A stretch of DNA of 63,630 nt, counting the filler, from Octopus bimaculoides (taxonomy: Eukaryota), in NCBI RefSeq assembly GCF_001194135.2. It is 4 parts of 4 records of this genome, joined end to end, with 100 filler letters (N's around TTAATTAATTAA, not from the genome) between each part and the next. Parts side by side here need not be neighbours in the genome. Positions count along the whole stretch, not along the records: positions 1 to 23,301 come from NC_068995.1; 3 more parts are not named here. One strand, 5' to 3'. How positions within the stretch are numbered: position 1 is the first letter of the stretch; each line of letters starts with the position of its first letter. Both the position numbers and the translations under genes were made by a program. This document shows, in pieces, positions 1 through 14,417 of this stretch. Below the pieces are notes generated by a model that did no database searches, was not told the origin of the DNA, and worked only from the letters and a program-made list of their open reading frames with translations.

Positions 1-397
1 TGGTGGTGGTAATGGTGAGGTGGTGGTGTCGATGTTGATGGTTAGTGATGGTTAAATGTTATCTAAACTTGTTTTGGTAGTTTTGATTGCAATGATAGTG
101 TAGGAATGTTGGTAATGTTGTTATTGTTGTTCGTGGGGGAGGGGGGAGTATTAGGAGTACTAAGACACCCACTCCTCCTCTTCCACTCTCTTCCTCTCTC
201 CCAGAACATTAACCAAATCTTTGCATCACTGCAGTGGAATTTTATTTATGATTTCTGGTTAAAATTTAAAATACTTTTTACTGCCTTCTTTACATTGTTC
301 CTGTATACTGTTGTCATGACAACCATACAAACATCTAGCAATTTATTACTGTTGTTACTGATGATGATGATGACAGTGATGGTATTGTTGTTGTTGC

Positions 398-428
<31 letters not shown>

Positions 429-688
429 GGGCATGGGTGAATGTTTTTCGTAATGTCATCTATTTGCCATACTAGAAGCAATAAAAGAAATCATTACTAC
501 CGTTATCATGTCATTGTTATTATTATATTATCGATAACGGCAGCAAGCTGGAGACCCCCAAAGGGTGAATGACGAAGTGGACCTCAGCGAAATTTGAACT
601 CAGAACGTAAAGGTAGGCAAAATGCTAAGAAGCATTTTGCTCAGTGTGCCAGCAACAATTCTGCCAGCTCACTGCCTGAGTAATAATA

Positions 689-744
<56 letters not shown>

Positions 745-859
745 TAAAGATTGAGAAATACCAGCCACTGTGGGATGAGCTAGGAAAGTAATGGGGCATG
801 AGGAAAGTAATGTTGATACCGGTGGTAATTGGAACATTGGGAGTAGTTTCCAAGGGCTT

Positions 860-1249
860 TGAAAATATATTAGAAATACACCAGGCACATGCATTACAAC
901 CATGTGCGTGCGACATGGCGGTCTCATATCAAGATAAACAGCGCATGACCTCGCAGGTAGGTGAGGCCCAGTTAGAATTTTCCTTCAGGTCAACTAGTCC
1001 ACCTCGCTCAAAAGGTCCCTGAATAAGATTTGTTTAAGGATGTTGAGCAAAACACCCATGTTTCCAAAGGTGAATTATCCAAACCCCAAAGAATTCCTCT
1101 CAGCACATGGCTATGATGCTCCCCCACTACTTCTGCTCATGATCAGAGATGCACATATCTTCAGCCACCAAGGGACATGCTCAACTGGTTACGGTCAAAC
1201 AACTGACAAGCAAATCTGTGGTATTGAGCAGAACATTTGCTGTCGCCCA

Positions 1250-1250
<1 letters not shown>
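860..1250 (+). mobile_element. Interspersed repeat family G (partial copies near 29965-30105 and 50440-50525)
   Basis: accaggcacatgcat...gacatgg.g.tctcatatcaagataaacag is shared with the 29965-30105 copy. The gagagagcag.gcat.ccat.aaa.tgacact head is shared by the 29965 and 50440 copies. Confidence 0.55.
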
Positions 1251-1297
<47 letters not shown>

Positions 1298-1855
1298 CAT
1301 TATTATCATTATTATTATTATTTGCCATTGTTTTAATTGCACAGAAGTCTCAGCCAGAAACATCAAGGGGCAATTCAAAACACTGATGTTTGTGGGAGAG
1401 AAGCAACATTACTATCATCATCATTATTATTATTACTATTATTATTATTATTTACATCATATAAGAGTGTGTCACATATATCAAAACATGATGCTGATGT
1501 TCATGTTGGCGATGATTACGATAATATACATATACTGATATTACCAAATAAGTTGGCAAATTAAGTTAATGTGGATTTAGAAATGTCTGCATAAATCACA
1601 TTAGTTAGTAAAGTGATACAATTTAAGACGTATGTATTGTGGAAGAAAGAATGAAAGAATGACAGAATTAAGATTATCTTAATTCTTTCAGAGAGAATTT
1701 AAGAAGATTTTAGTGAGCGAAACCTAATAAATTCATGTCTATTTTTTGTGAGTTTTGGCTAAACAGCAATGATTATAAATGTCTTAAGATGTGACGAAGT
1801 GTTTCTGCAAATGGAAAAGTCGAGTAGTGTCTAACACACATATATATATATATGT

Positions 1856-1896
<41 letters not shown>

Positions 1897-3955
1897 TACA
1901 TTTATGTATATCAGAAACAGCTCAAATTTTCCGTCAGCACAAAAAATTCTCATATACCTATAATACATATATGTGTGTATGTGTGTGTGTGGGGGATGTA
2001 TGTATATACTCTTTTANNNNNNNNNNNNNNNNNNNNNNNNNNNNNNNNNNNNNNNNNNNNNNNNNNNNNNNNNNNNNNNNNNNNNNNNNNNNNNNNNNNN
2101 NNNNNNNNNNNNNNNNNNNNNNNNNNNNNNNNNNNNNNNNNNNNNNNNNNNNNNNNNNNNNNNNNNNNNNNNNNNNNNNNNNNNNNNNNNNNNNNNNNNN
2201 NNNNNNNNNNNNNNNNNNNNNNNNNNNNNNNNNNNNNNNNNNNNNNNNNNNNNNNNNNNNNNNNNNNNNNNNNNNNNNNNNNNNNNNNNNNNNNNNNNNN
2301 NNNNNNNNNNNNNNNNNNNNNNNNNNNNNNNNNNNNNNNNNNNNNNNNNNNNNNNNNNNNNNNNNNNNNNNNNNNNNNNNNNNNNNNNNNNNNNNNNNNN
2401 NNNNNNNNNNNNNNNNNNNNNNNNNNNNNNNNNNNNNNNNNNNNNNNNNNNNNNNNNNNNNNNNNNNNNNNNNNNNNNNNNNNNNNNNNNNNNNNNNNNN
2501 NNNNNNNNNNNNNNNNNNNNNNNNNNNNNNNNNNNNNNNNNNNNNNNNNNNNNNNNNNNNNNNNNNNNNNNNNNNNNNNNNNNNNNNNNNNNNNNNNNNN
2601 NNNNNNNNNNNNNNNNNNNNNNNNNNNNNNNNNNNNNNNNNNNNNNNNNNNNNNNNNNNNNNNNNNNNNNNNNNNNNNNNNNNNNNNNNNNNNNNNNNNN
2701 NNNNNNNNNNNNNNNNNNNNNNNNNNNATATATATATATATATATATATATACAAGATCGGCTTTGTTCAGTTTCCATCTACTAAATTCATTCACAAAGC
2801 TTTGATTGGCCCAGGTTTATATTAAAAGACACTTGTCCAAGTTGCCGCTCACTGGGACCAAACTCAGAACCTCGTGATTGGGAAGCAAGCTTCTTGCCAC
2901 TCAGCTATACTTGCACCTGTATTTGTGAAAATCTGATGAAAAGCAAGCAAAGTGCCAAGGTTTATAGCTAGTGTGTAATTATATTTACATTATTGATATT
3001 ATAATTTTCTGGGTGAAAAACTAAATTAATATTAAAACCTTTATATCAGAAAATCGATACAAGCAAGCTTGATGGAAGCTATATCAGTCATGTAATATTT
3101 GGAAGTATAATGTAAAAATGTAAATTTGTTGTTGACAGAATTTTAGCCTATTATTTAAGGATTAGTAATCTAAATTTTGCGTGAGAAATGGAAAATGGAA
3201 TATAGAAACACATTATAAATATATATGTATAATTAATAGTGACAGAAGCAGTGTTAGTACCAAATGGCAATCTTTATGTCTAACTTAACGTGGGTGTTTT
3301 GTGAGAACACCAAATAGTCTGTTGTTCGCTTTGAGAGGACCTCTTATACAGATGGATAGTGTATAAAAAGCACTCTGATTTACATCACTGGCAGATGAGA
3401 ATCATCTGCTATGGGAGCTAGACTAGCTAGATCATGTGATTTCGACCTGCCTGGTCTCCTCAGTAGCAGACATCTGGTAGCAATATAACAGTCAAATCTC
3501 ACGAGAATTTCAGTGTCTTTTTCAAACACCAATGTTGCAAGTAGTCAGTAGGCTTATTAAAAAAATATTTAATGACAACAGATGCAATATTAATATCAAA
3601 AGGCAATATATTTGTCCTGCTTAATATGTATGTTTTGTTAGAACACTGAATAGTGTATTCATATGGGAAGTTCTTCAAAGATAAATGGTGTTCTAACAAA
3701 TATATAAATCATAAATGTACTTGCATGAGATCTTATGAGGATGTATATCCATAATAGAAACCAATGAAGATATTAAAAAATTCACATGGTGAATATAAAG
3801 CGGTAATCCAAGTAAATGAAATGGTGGTATAAGATGATTTTAAAAAGAATTTTCAGCAGGTAGAAATTCTGACGGCTATTTCGAGAATATGTAGGTTGAG
3901 ACGGGCAAAATATTTCCACCCATAACAATCATCTACATTTCTCTCATCAGAGGTA

Positions 3956-3991
<36 letters not shown>

Positions 3992-4050
3992 NNNNNNNNN
4001 NCACCAAGTCAGTCTGGTATTATCCGCACAGCATGAAGTAAGATGAATAA

Positions 4051-4227
4051 AATCAAAATAAGCAACAGGATATCACGTAGTGATGCAGTACGACCGTTTC
4101 AAGTGGCTCCATTTAATTGAACAATGCAATCATTGCATCAACTGAAACGCAGTGCACAAATATAAAAAAAGAATTTTAACCTAACGGTCATACTTCATCC
4201 CTATTTGATATCCTGTAGCTTATTTTG

Positions 4228-4230
<3 letters not shown>
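4051..4230. repeat. Imperfect 48-bp inverted repeat (4051-4098 / 4183-4230)
   Basis: 42/48 positions complementary by manual comparison; 84-nt spacer. Confidence 0.85.
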
Positions 4231-4263
<33 letters not shown>

Positions 4264-4734
4264 CACATATATATGTAGGTTTCTTTCGGTTTCTATCTCA
4301 TTTCCTAAATCGACTCACAAAGCTTTGGTCAGCCTGGGGTTATAGTAGCACATATTTATCCAAAGTTTGTGCAGTGGAACCAAACATGAAATCATGTGAT
4401 TGGGAAGGAAACTGCTCAGCCATGGAGACACACTTTTGGCTATTACATTGAAATAAACGAAAAATGTAGATAGATTATGACAGAAATTTGCTGCAGTATG
4501 AATGAGGAAAGCTGAAAGTTATTACCAAATTATGATCATTTGTATGATAAAAATGATTTATGAGAACTAATTGAGATATTTATTAGGGAGATTTGACCAA
4601 GTTTTAAATTCTCTATCTTGAGAGGTCACAGATCTGGTATTGGATTGTGGATAGAATATCTGAGAATGGAATTGGAAAAATAGATTTTTATGTATAAGGC
4701 CAAATGGAAGAAGAATTAGATGTGAACCACAAGT

Positions 4735-5040
4735 AATCATCATCATCATCATCATCGTCGTTTAACGTCCGCTTTCCATGCTAGCATGGGTTGGACGATT
4801 TGACTGAGGACTGGTGTAACCAGATGGCTACACCAGGCTCCAATCTGATCTGGCAGAGTTTCTACAGCTGGATGCCCTTCCTAACGCCAACCACTCAGAG
4901 AGTGTAGTGCGTGCTTTTACGTGTCACCTGCACGAAGGCCAGTCAGGCGGTACTGGCAACGGCCACGCTCAAAATGGTGTATTTTATGTGCCACTCGCAA
5001 AAGAGCCAGTCCAGGGGCACTGGCAACGATCTCGCTCGAA
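4735..5040 (-). mobile_element. (GAT)n-tailed retroposon family C (others near 13100-13225, 13338-13515, 16040-16290, 17953-18200, 19100-19270, 22100-22380, 39020-39160)
   Basis: Shared ...ccaacccatgctagcatggaaagcggacgttaaacgatgatgat 3' end and ggatgcccttcctaacgccaaccactc core. Confidence 0.75.
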
Positions 5041-5074
5041 AATCCTATGAAAGCCATTGGATAATATCCCTGGT

Positions 5075-5290
5075 GACTAATCAGCAGATATGGTTTACTG
5101 GCCATGTGGTTTGGTCACTGCAGGAGTGACATGCTATCATTGGGATGAAGTGGGATGCTGGGTGGCAGGAAGAAAAAGACTGAGTGGAAGACCATAGAAG
5201 ATGTGTATATTCTGGGATAACATTATTGAAAGTAATAAGGAGTTGACCCAAGAGGGGGCTCAGAGGGGAGCCAACAATTGGGATATTAGA
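5075..5290 (+). mobile_element. RTE-clade LINE 3' ORF relic
   Basis: QQIWFTGHVV (cf. RLRWFGHV) followed, after a frameshift, by VAGRKRLSGRP*K (cf. V.G.R.RGRP.K.W). Confidence 0.5.
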
Positions 5291-5885
5291 AAAAGGTTTG
5301 TCACTGATTGTGCCGACCATGCTGGAGGATCTAAGAACTAAGAGCTACAAATATCCATAACTTCTGTTAATGTCACTTGGAGATTTATTTGTCAAACTGC
5401 CAAGTCGTGAGATATACGACGACAAAAGCACTTTTGTCTTTGACTGGTGTGTATAGTGATATGCATATGCACACACGCACACACAGAGACATGTACATAT
5501 GCATGCGTTCGCACATGTAGCCATGTGATAGTTTCAATGCTCTGTTCTTGTTAAGTAAATTTCATTCAANNNNNNNNNNTTTCATTCAAAAAGTAGTTTC
5601 TGTGTGTGTATATATATCTGTGTGAATATGTGTATCTGCACATGTATGCATGTGGTTATTTATATATGCCTGTGTATGTATATACATATATGGATGTGTA
5701 TATGTATATATATATGTGTATGTGTGTATGTTTGTATTTATATACATATATGTGTATATATATATATGTACGTGTGTGCATGTATATATATGTATGTATA
5801 TATATATGCTTTCTGTATGTATATGTATGTGTGTGTGTGTGTCTCTGTGTCTCTGTGTGTATATATGTATATGTATATGCATATA

Positions 5886-5994
<109 letters not shown>

Positions 5995-6710
5995 TTGTGA
6001 ATGCAATTTACATAAAGTAGGCAGGAAAAGCGGAAGCGAAAGAGAATGCGAGTACAAAATATATAAAATATATGAAAATACGAAAATAAAAAAGGAGGGA
6101 AGTGACAGAAAGAGAGAGTAACAGATAGAAAGCGAGAGAGGGGAGAGTAAGAGGAAAAGAGAAAGAGATAGGGAAAGAGTGTAGGTAAGGGAGTTAAATC
6201 ATGTTATGTTTCAATTATGTCGTACAGATATTTCTACAATAAAAAAAATTCCATTGACTCGAACGAAGAAAAAACAGAAAGAATATTACTATGAATTGTG
6301 AAGCGACTAATGGAGTGAAATAAAGAGAATCAGGATATTTAAAACTTCTAACTGGATGACATTTTTACAGAACGTTAAGAGAAGAAATAACTAATACCAT
6401 GCCGGTTGGTTCTATTTCCAATAAATCAATAGATTTGTGGCCGAGTACTAACAGTAATTTTAGCATTTATACAGAAACAGAATTGGTAAATCTTGGAGGA
6501 ATGTGTGTGTGTGTGTGTGTGTGTGTGTTTTTGTGTGTGAGTGTGTGTATGCTCATGTGAGTGTGTGAGTGTGTGTGTGTGTGTGAGTGTGTGTATGTAT
6601 GTGTGTGGGGGTGAGTAGTTGTGTGCTGAGATTTCTTATGAGTAACTGTATGTCTCTTACAGATGTATTTATATATTGAACAGACCTATATATATATGTA
6701 CATACATCCT

Positions 6711-6756
<46 letters not shown>

Positions 6757-6877
6757 ATATATATATATATATGTCATATATATATAAATAGATAGATATA
6801 CATATACATACTGTATGTCTCTTACATATATATTTATATATTGAACAGATCTATGTATATATGTACATACATCCTTG

Positions 6878-6919
<42 letters not shown>

Positions 6920-7650
6920 TGCATATATAAATACATAGATATACATATACATACACATATATACACACATACACACATATATATATATACATATATTCAT
7001 AAATGTATAAATGCATGTCTATATATATATAAATATGTGTGTGTGTTCATACGTATATATTGCATTTGTCTGTGTGTGTGTGTGTCTTTATGCATGTATG
7101 TATATAGTAATGTTTGCTTTTGTGTCATGTTATATATAAAAACAATTTAACATTGAACTGAGCGATTATTGAATACCTCTTAGCAGAGTACTCATTTATT
7201 TAAGTTTTACAAGGAAAAGGGCTGGCAGCAACTTTGAAGTTTCAGCTTGACTAATACATATATACATACATACATACATAAATAAGCATATATATATATA
7301 TATATANNNNNNNNNNGCACACACACTCACACATACATACATGATACACAGTGGTAAATATATATGAAGAACACAAATGGGATTTAAAATTGACTACAGC
7401 TGTTTTGGTAGCATTTTATTAATGCATTTATAGATTACATCATAGGCATAGCTCCACTATCCTCGGGTAAAATTTTAAACTTGTATAAATGGTGAAGGTA
7501 AAACCTCCATGACAACCTATTCACCAACCAACACGATGAACATGTACCATCTTAATAATGACAAAGTTATTCTACTAAATTCTTCATTAACTTCAAAATT
7601 GAGACAAAGGCAGTGTAATGGTAATAAAAGGATTAATATTCTATCTTCTC

Positions 7651-7880
7651 AAGGCAGCAGGCTGGCAGAAACGTTAGCACACCGGGCAAAATGCTTAGCG
7701 GTATTTCATCTGTCTTTACGTTCTGAGTTCAAATTCCACCAAGGTTGACTTTGCCTTTAATCTTTTTGGGGCCAATAAATTAAGTACCAGTTGCATACTG
7801 AGGTTAATCTCATCGACTGCTCCCCCACTCCCCCACTCCCCAAAAATTTTGGGCCTTGTTCCTAGAGTAGAAAAGAATAT
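7651..7880 (+). mobile_element. SINE family B copy (others near 560-678, 9455-9665, 18860-19010, 19905-20107, 28171-28385, 47745-47935)
   Basis: aggcagcaggctggcagaaacgttagc...ttctgagttcaaattcc...gactttgccttt...aagtaccagt motif recurs in both orientations. Confidence 0.75.
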
Positions 7881-9075
7881 TCTATCTGCTCAATTTCTTA
7901 GTTTTTTTTTAACCTTAATTTCTTCCTTCACAATCTATAATTTTTTTTTTTTTTTTATGTAGTAAATATAACTGCTTAATTACTAATTTCTAATGACGAT
8001 TTGTTTTAATTAGGTTTTCTGTTAAGCCATGATTAATACGATCTGTGTTAGCAAAATCTTAGAAAATTTTCTACAAGTCTTTTGGTACTGCAATTTTGAA
8101 TCAAGGTTTACCCATTTATATGAGATTGATTGATCGACTGATTGTTTGGCAATTGATCAGTTGAGGACTCATGGCCAAGTGGTTAGGTTGTTGCCCTCAT
8201 GATCATAAGACTGTAGTTTCGATTTCCATACTGGACGGTGCATTATGCTCTTGAGCAAAACCCTTCATCTCACATTGCCTTGTGATCACTTCCAACAACT
8301 GATGTGTGGCACACTACGTACCTGAACAGGTAATGTTGATTTTATGAGAGGAGTGATAATGTGCAGCGCAAATATTTCACCACTAGAAATGAATCATCGG
8401 TGCTAGTTGTTTGGTAAGAAATTGCAGAACCTTCAACTGTCGTCTATGGCAGGATATTCCATGACAAATTGGTCAGTTGATTAATTAACTTATGCATCCT
8501 AATTTTTCCAACTATTATCTACATGGATTACCATTGAACTTTAAAAGCTCAAAGACAATATAATGTATTGGTATATTTATTTTTTTATATATATTATTTT
8601 TTACTTTTTTGTAAAAAACATTTTCATTCTCCCTCTTCTTGAAAATTTGCCATGCAATGAAAGCCGGTTAGAAATCTATATTAAAATATGCTTTCAATTT
8701 AGCATTCTGCCATATTATTATTTTTCATTTTCCTATTATTTCTCCACGTGCGGTTAACACAACCCCACTATTTACTGACTTATNNNNNNNNNNNNNNNNN
8801 NNNNNNNNNNNNNNNNNNNNNNNNNNNNNNNNNNNNNNNNNNNNNNNNNNNNNNNNNNNNNNNNNNNNNNNNNNNNNNNNNNNNNNNNNNNNNNNNNNNN
8901 NNNNNNNNNNNNNNNNNNNNNNNNNNNNNNNNNNNNNNNNNNNNNNNNNNNNNNNNNNNNNNNNNNNNNNNNNNNNNNNNNNNNNNNNNNNNNNNNNNNN
9001 NNNNNNNNNNNNNNNNNNNNNNNNNNNNNNNNNNNNNNNNNNNNNNNNNNNNNNNNNNNNNNNNNNNNNNNNNNN

Positions 9076-9113
<38 letters not shown>

Positions 9114-9827
9114 GCTAGATATTGTTTTAATATTCGGCATGAAATTATCAAAATAATATTGGAATGAAATTAAAGTCACTTCAGTATTAAAGTATTCTTT
9201 CTGAAGAAATTGAAAATTTAATTAAAAAGTAACAAGAAATAGCAATTACTCGTATTTCTTTAAAATTCTTAATTATATTTCTTTTTAATATTTTCTTTCT
9301 TTCCTTTTTACTATGGATTCAGTTATTTTGTCTTGACTCGAAATTTTATAGTTTCAAGATGGCTACATGTGTGACTAAGGTTATTCAGTGTTGCTCTTCT
9401 GTTTGTTTTTGTTTATTTTTTTTTTACTATTTTGTTTATCGTTCATAAAGGTAACGTGCTGGCAGACTCATTAGCATGCCAGACAAAATTCTTAACGGTG
9501 TCTTGTTCACCTTTACATTCTGAGTTCAAATTCCGTCAAGATAGACTTTCCCTTTCTTCACTTCAGGGTTGATAAAGTAAGTACCAGTCATGAACTGGGG
9601 GCAGGGGTGCGGTCGATGTAATTACCTACCCAAATCCACGAGGTTTCCAGCTTTGTGCATATGTTCCTTTGATTCTTTTGTTTTTTTATTTCTTTCAGTC
9701 ATTTGACTGTGGCCATGCTGGAGCACTGCCTTTAGTCGAATGAATCGACCTCAGGACTTATTCTTGAGAAATGCTGTTATAGATTATGCCTAACCAAAAA
9801 CGATCACAGCCACATCATCCAAACAGG

Positions 9828-9853
9828 CCGGGTGAAACCGGGTTTAGCTGCTA

Positions 9854-9854
<1 letters not shown>
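9828..9854 (+). mobile_element. Helitron 3' terminus
   Basis: CCGG-gtgaaa-CCGG hairpin followed by gtttagctgCTAG|T. Confidence 0.55.
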
Positions 9855-9930
<76 letters not shown>

Positions 9931-10149
9931 TACACTTATGTTTCTGCATGTGTGCGTGTGGATAAATATATCTATTTATGTATGGATGTGCATAAAGATA
10001 TGTGTATACGTTACAAACACGTTAATTAAATTACTGTAACACCACCTGCAGACAAATTGGAGATAACTATACAGGTGTATCTATAAATAATATCAACACC
10101 AGAACCATAAAGAATGCAGGCTAGAAACACTTTAGGATTTTTTATGACC

Positions 10150-10495
10150 TTAACTAGGTCCAACAAAATGGTAATCAGTGATTTAATATGTCAATCAATA
10201 TTTATGATGATGCCGAGGTCTGTAATATCCTTGATTTATATGTTTAAAACCTGCTCCAACGTATATCACATTCCCTTGACATAGGCCATTAAAAAGATGA
10301 TGGTTTTGTATTTCTCATGTCATACAAACAGGCTGCAAGTCAATAGATTTAGAATAGATACCTTGCAAGCATTTAAACTAAGCGTGATAGTAAATACCAA
10401 TATCAAAGTACGTTAGAATTGTAAACTTGTTAGATATTAAACTCTGGAAAATGCTATCCCCTTATGAAGTTGAATGGGAAACTACTAAGAATATA
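10150..10495 (+). mobile_element. Penelope-like retroelement RT relic (stops and frameshifts)
   Basis: YDDAEVCNILDLYV*NLLQRISHSLDIGH*KDDGF resembles the PLE RT GSYDGAEVCELVGLY...GLYRDDGL region. It is followed by frameshifted VNLLDIKL and NSGKCYPLMKLNGKLL pieces. Confidence 0.7.
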
Positions 10496-11293
10496 TACAT
10501 ACGTATGTATGTATGTATGTATATATATATATATANNNNNNNNNNNNNNNNNNNNNNNNNNNNNNNNNNNNNNNNNNNNNNNNNNNNNNNNNNNNNNNNN
10601 NNNNNNNNNNNNNNNNNNNNNNNNNNNNNNNNNNNATATATACATATATATATATACATATATGTATATATATATATATATATATTCGTTGTATGTTCAT
10701 ATGTACGTATGTATGCAAAATCAATACAAATGCATTTGTATGCTTGTTGTACGAGTGAAAAGCGTCTAATAATTTAATAATTCTCTAAATGTAGAAAGCA
10801 TAAAGAGATTACTGTAACATGACACAACTATTTTATGTTCGGAGATTTATAGTTCAATGTCAATGGGACATACTTCCATGCCTAGAGTACATTCAAGCCA
10901 ACAACTCTCTCTCTCTCTCTCTATGAGCATGTGTTTCTGTGTTCATAGTTTATGTATGCCTGTCTGTATATAGGTTCTATACATATAAGAGCATTTCTGT
11001 GTCTGTGTGCATACATTGTTATTTATATGCATCTGTGTGTGTGTGTGTGTGTGTGCATCTATGTATGTATGTGTCTTATGCTACATGTAAGGTGTGTTTC
11101 TAAGGTGGTGAACTGGAAGAATTGGTAGCAAATTAAACAAAATGTTCATGCGTTGTTTCTTCCAACTCGTTACAATTCTTCCTCTGTTGGAACACCATGG
11201 CTATACAGTTCTATATTTAAGAGATGAGGAATTATATACATTATTTAAATTGTTTACATTTGACGGATATTTGTCCTCATCTTGTTTGTTGTT

Positions 11294-11336
11294 AACACAT
11301 TTCGGTTGATATATCCTCCAGCCTTCATCAGGTGGC
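11294..11336 (-). ncRNA. More decayed copy of the hammerhead-like motif
   Basis: Minus strand reads GCCAC-CTGATGA-A-GGCTG-gaggatatat-CAACC-GAAA-T-GTGTT. Stem III and the cleavage triplet are deleted. Confidence 0.4.
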
Positions 11337-11807
11337 TTGGGGAAATTTCGAACCTGGGTTCTCATTCCTAAGGCATTTTTTGATGTTGTTGCTGTTGTTG
11401 TTGGAAAATATGAAATATGTGTGTTAACATTCCTACCAGCTCGCTGCCACTTTACATTGCACATATTTATTGGTAAGCCAATGATTGATTGAGCTACCAG
11501 ACTTCAACTGTATCCTCCCACTCAACAATGCTCAACCATTCTTCAACCACCATCCACAAAATTCCCCACCAAACACTCCACCACCGTTATATCGCACTCT
11601 GCTCCATGTTTGAGTTCATGTTATAAATGATATCTGATGTGTCGTACTAAGGAATTAAATAAACAATCTACAGTTAATACCATTACTGCTCTCTTATCTG
11701 TAATATCCATTAAAATAAACGCAACCCCCAGCACCAGCACTGCCACCACTGCCACCACCATCATTTTGTTTTATTCTGGACTGAATTCTCTCTCTCTTTC
11801 TCCCTGT

Positions 11808-11839
<32 letters not shown>

Positions 11840-11858
11840 CATACATACATACATACAT

Positions 11859-11929
<71 letters not shown>

Positions 11930-14350
11930 TATACATATATATAATGTTTTATTGTACATAAAATTATCAAGGCTCTGCTGAACATGGGGCATTGGTCTTC
12001 ATCGCCATCTTGGAGACGAGTACCAAAGTCTCATGTGGCAGGTTTGATAATTGCTAAGAAATTTTGTCTCGGCATGAAACCAACGGTAGCATTGTAAATC
12101 CACAAATAAAGAACATCTATGCACCAACACGGTGATGAGCACCCATTCTCACTATTCGATATCACCATATACATACATACAACATACATATACGCACACT
12201 CACATATTTATATATGTATANNNNNNNNNNNNNNNNNNNNNNNNNNNNNNNNNNNNNNNNNNNNNNNNNNNNNNNNNNNNNNNNNNNNNTATATATATAT
12301 ATATGTATATATATATATGAATATATATATATATATCTAAAAACTCACGCTACCCCGACCACCACACCAGACTCACCTAACCAGCACACAGAGAAAATTA
12401 CTCTATGCTCAACAGTGCTTGCTACAACATTTCAGAAAAATGTAATTATCGTCAAGTAGCACCAGTCTGTTCTCCTTGAACACACTTTTGGCAAGTACAG
12501 AGCAAATCAAACATTGCTATATTGTTCTTGTTGCTGTTGCTGTTGTTGTTGTTGTTGTTGTCAAAGTATTTGGTCTATTTCGTTTTACTTTTCATTTCTT
12601 TTTCATCTGATTGTCTTCTTCGAGTGTCCTGTTTTTATAGTTGTCGAGGATTTTTTGTTTTTTTTTTTGTTGTATCTTACCAATGTTTTCTGGCTAACTT
12701 TCTTCCCTCTGCCTTTTCTTTGACAGTTTGTAGCGATGGACGGCGGTGGTGGTGATGGTGATGGTGGTGGTGGTGGTGGTGGTGGTGCAGCAGTATGGTG
12801 GTGGCGCTACGGCACGATGGTGTGACGGTAGTGTGGCAAGAAATTAGTGGAAGATGAACTACTTTGGATGATGTCAATTACAAAGTGTCAATCACTTTCA
12901 CTGTTGATGCTGCTGCTGCTACTACTACTCCTACTACTACTATACATATATGCAACATACCTGTATACATATCTATATATATTTTTATATATATACTCAC
13001 TCACACAGCTAACATATATGTATGTATATGTATGTACATCATCATCATCATCTTCCTCCACCTCCACCTCCTCCTCCTCCTCATCATCATCATCATCATC
13101 ATTGTCATCTTCATTGTTTAATGTCCCCTTTTCCATTCCGGCATGGGCTGGATAGTTTGACAAGAACAGATGAGCCAGAGGGCACCACCATGTTCTATGT
13201 CTGCTTACAAATGGTTTCTACAGAAGGATGTCGTGACATCGCCAATTATCCACAGATACATCTATATATATATGAATGCATAGAGTATGCATATATAAAC
13301 TTGTATACATACACAGACATCCATATTTATATATGGTGACACGTAAAAGCACCCACTACACTCTCTGAGTGGTTGGCGTTAGGAAGGGCATCCAGCTGTA
13401 GAAACTCTGCCAAATTAGATTGGAGCCTGGTGTTGCCATCCGGTTTCACCAGCCCTCATTCAAATCGTCCAACCCATGCTAGCATGGAAAGCGGACGTTA
13501 AACGATGATGATGATATATATAGATATATATATGTAAATATAATATGTGACAATTATTCAGCAGCCATGATAAAATTCTTGTGAGTGGATTTGGTAAACG
13601 GAAATGTGTGTGCCTGTGTTTGTCCTCCCTCCATCACTTGACAACCGATGTTGGTGTGTTTATATCCCCATAACTTAGCAGTTTGGCAAAATCGACCAAC
13701 AGAATAAGTACTAGGCTTACAAAGAGTAAGTCCTGGGGTCAATTTGTTCAACTAAAGGCAGTGCTCCAGTATGGCTGCAGTCAAATGACTGAAACAAGTA
13801 AAAGAATAAAAGAATATATATATATATATATACAGTTCTAAAACTTATAAAAGAATATATGAACAGAGGTGGCACCTCCTGGGTTATTGCTATTAAAACA
13901 AGGGCAGTAAGTGTCGCCTTCAAGTGCAAGGTATACACGAAAGAAAATGCATAGAATTTGCATATTTAAATTTGCTTTTTAATTTATTACAAATTTCTTA
14001 TGATTTTCAGTTGGTGGTAATCCAGTTGGATGTGTTTAGTACTATTTCGTTCTTTTTAAAAATCTTCAGCATAATATTACAAGTAACTTATTCATTAAAT
14101 GTATTTCGAAGAGAGACATTTTATTACAATTGTAGATGAAATTACAGCCTGGAGGAAATTCAGGAAATTTTTTTCCTCATGTATATGAATGTGGCCGTGT
14201 GTGTGTGTGTGTGTGTTGTGTATGTGTGTGCACACATGTGTATGCATGCATGTGTGTGTGTATGTGTGTATATGTATAAGTATATATATATGTGTATGTA
14301 CATATATGTTTACACATATATATGTATATATATGTATGTATATATATATA

Positions 14351-14417
<67 letters not shown>

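Noticed and set aside
1791-2825. Long ORFs through N runs (also at 14.1-15.6, 40.8-41.3, 44.4-45.1 and 58.2-59.0 kb)
   Set aside because: Their length comes from Ns and dinucleotide repeats.
10332-10407. Apparent exon LQVNRFRIDTLQAFKLSVIVNTNIK with plausible splice sites
   Set aside because: It lies inside a frameshifted Penelope-like RT relic that explains the whole 10150-10495 segment.
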